A DNA stretch of 64,000 nucleotides, from NCBI GenBank assembly GCA_965219095.1, contig CBDCMT010000001.1, forward strand, positions 832,001 through 896,000, read 5' to 3'. This DNA comes from Bdellovibrionales bacterium. Its GTDB lineage: Bacteria; Bdellovibrionota; Bdellovibrionia; Bdellovibrionales; UBA1609. Positions 63,292 through 64,000 of this stretch are shown piece after piece. A program made the position numbers and the translations under genes. The first letter of the stretch is position 1; every line of letters begins with the position of its first letter. The notes under the pieces were generated by a model, which saw nothing but the letters and a program-made list of their open reading frames with translations, was not told the DNA's origin and ran no database searches.

Positions 63292-64000
63292 GTGTTCTGA
63301 CCAGTAAATTTTTTCACAATTTTCAAGCCTTTAATCCAGGTCATTTTATTAAATTATTTTGCCTCCTCAAAAGAATAAAAGTGAAATGCTTAGAGTTATA
63401 CCAATTCCAAAAGTTAATTCTACATTTTCATGTATAAGTTTGATTTTTACTTTTAGAAATTTATAACTTTTAAGTACGGGTAAAGAGTGTATCAAATTCA
63501 TTGGAAAGATATGATTTTCTAATGTTTATATACAATTTAGTTTACAGGCTCTTACAGGCTCGTCTCATTTTTTATAATGGAACTTTTCTCTGGCTGATTT
63601 TCTTGAAAAATTCCATTTTATTATAATCTTCCGTCTGTTCATAATATTCACCCAAGCCTTGGTTCTTTTTCTTAAAGTTTCTATGTCAGGTATTCTTGAT
63701 TTTCCTAAACATTGACGAGAGTACATATTGATTGCAATTTCTGCTTGATTTAACCAACTTCCATGACTCGGAGTATAATGAACCTCAAAGCGAGACCATA
63801 GATGCAAACCTCGCTCTTTTCCATAAAAATCAGTAAGACTTTTTTTTCTATGAGTGTTCAAATTATCCATAACTAGAACAATCTTCTTGGAATCAGAATA
63901 ATGTCTCTCAACAGAAGATAAAAACTTAGCAAAATCCGGACCTGTCCTTCTCTCTGTTACCTTATTCATATAAAAACCTCTCTTAGGCTCCACAGCACAG
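63292..64000 (-). mobile_element. IS630-A copy, 3' part (continues beyond window)
   Basis: Reverse complement of ~5253-5961; CTAG site. Confidence 0.95.

Overview
AT-rich bacterial chromosomal window. The gene order purM/purB/purC/purS/purQ, ABC pair-pilD-pilMNOPQ, cdaA-cdaR-tsaE, hisC-cmk-rpsA and rimP-nusA-infB-truB-rpsO-pnp-M16 peptidase suggests a Bdellovibrionota-like organism (inference). Housekeeping blocks alternate with four IS graveyards (1-7.3, 27.4-29, 36.1-42.5 and 53.6-64 kb) holding nested, truncated or chimeric IS5, ISL3, IS630, IS982, IS1634, IS110, IS66, IS481 and IS3 pieces. Best candidate for an undescribed system: a Type I R-M-like locus hsdM-HEPN-[MNT::HsdS]. Its MNT antitoxin is fused in frame to the specificity subunit, its methyltransferase has SPPF instead of NPPF, and no hsdR is visible. 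Other highlights: an ArgRS with an inserted PheT/Trbp111-like OB-fold; an IS1634 MITE with a 467-bp flanking duplication; an inverted alternative 3' cassette of a secreted-protein gene; a structured IS110 right-end noncoding region; a perfect 115-bp palindrome that removed the start of a Sel1-repeat gene; an IS66-type MITE; and a PilQ-N-terminus-like lipoprotein inside the pil operon. All family calls come from motif recognition by eye; no database search was run.
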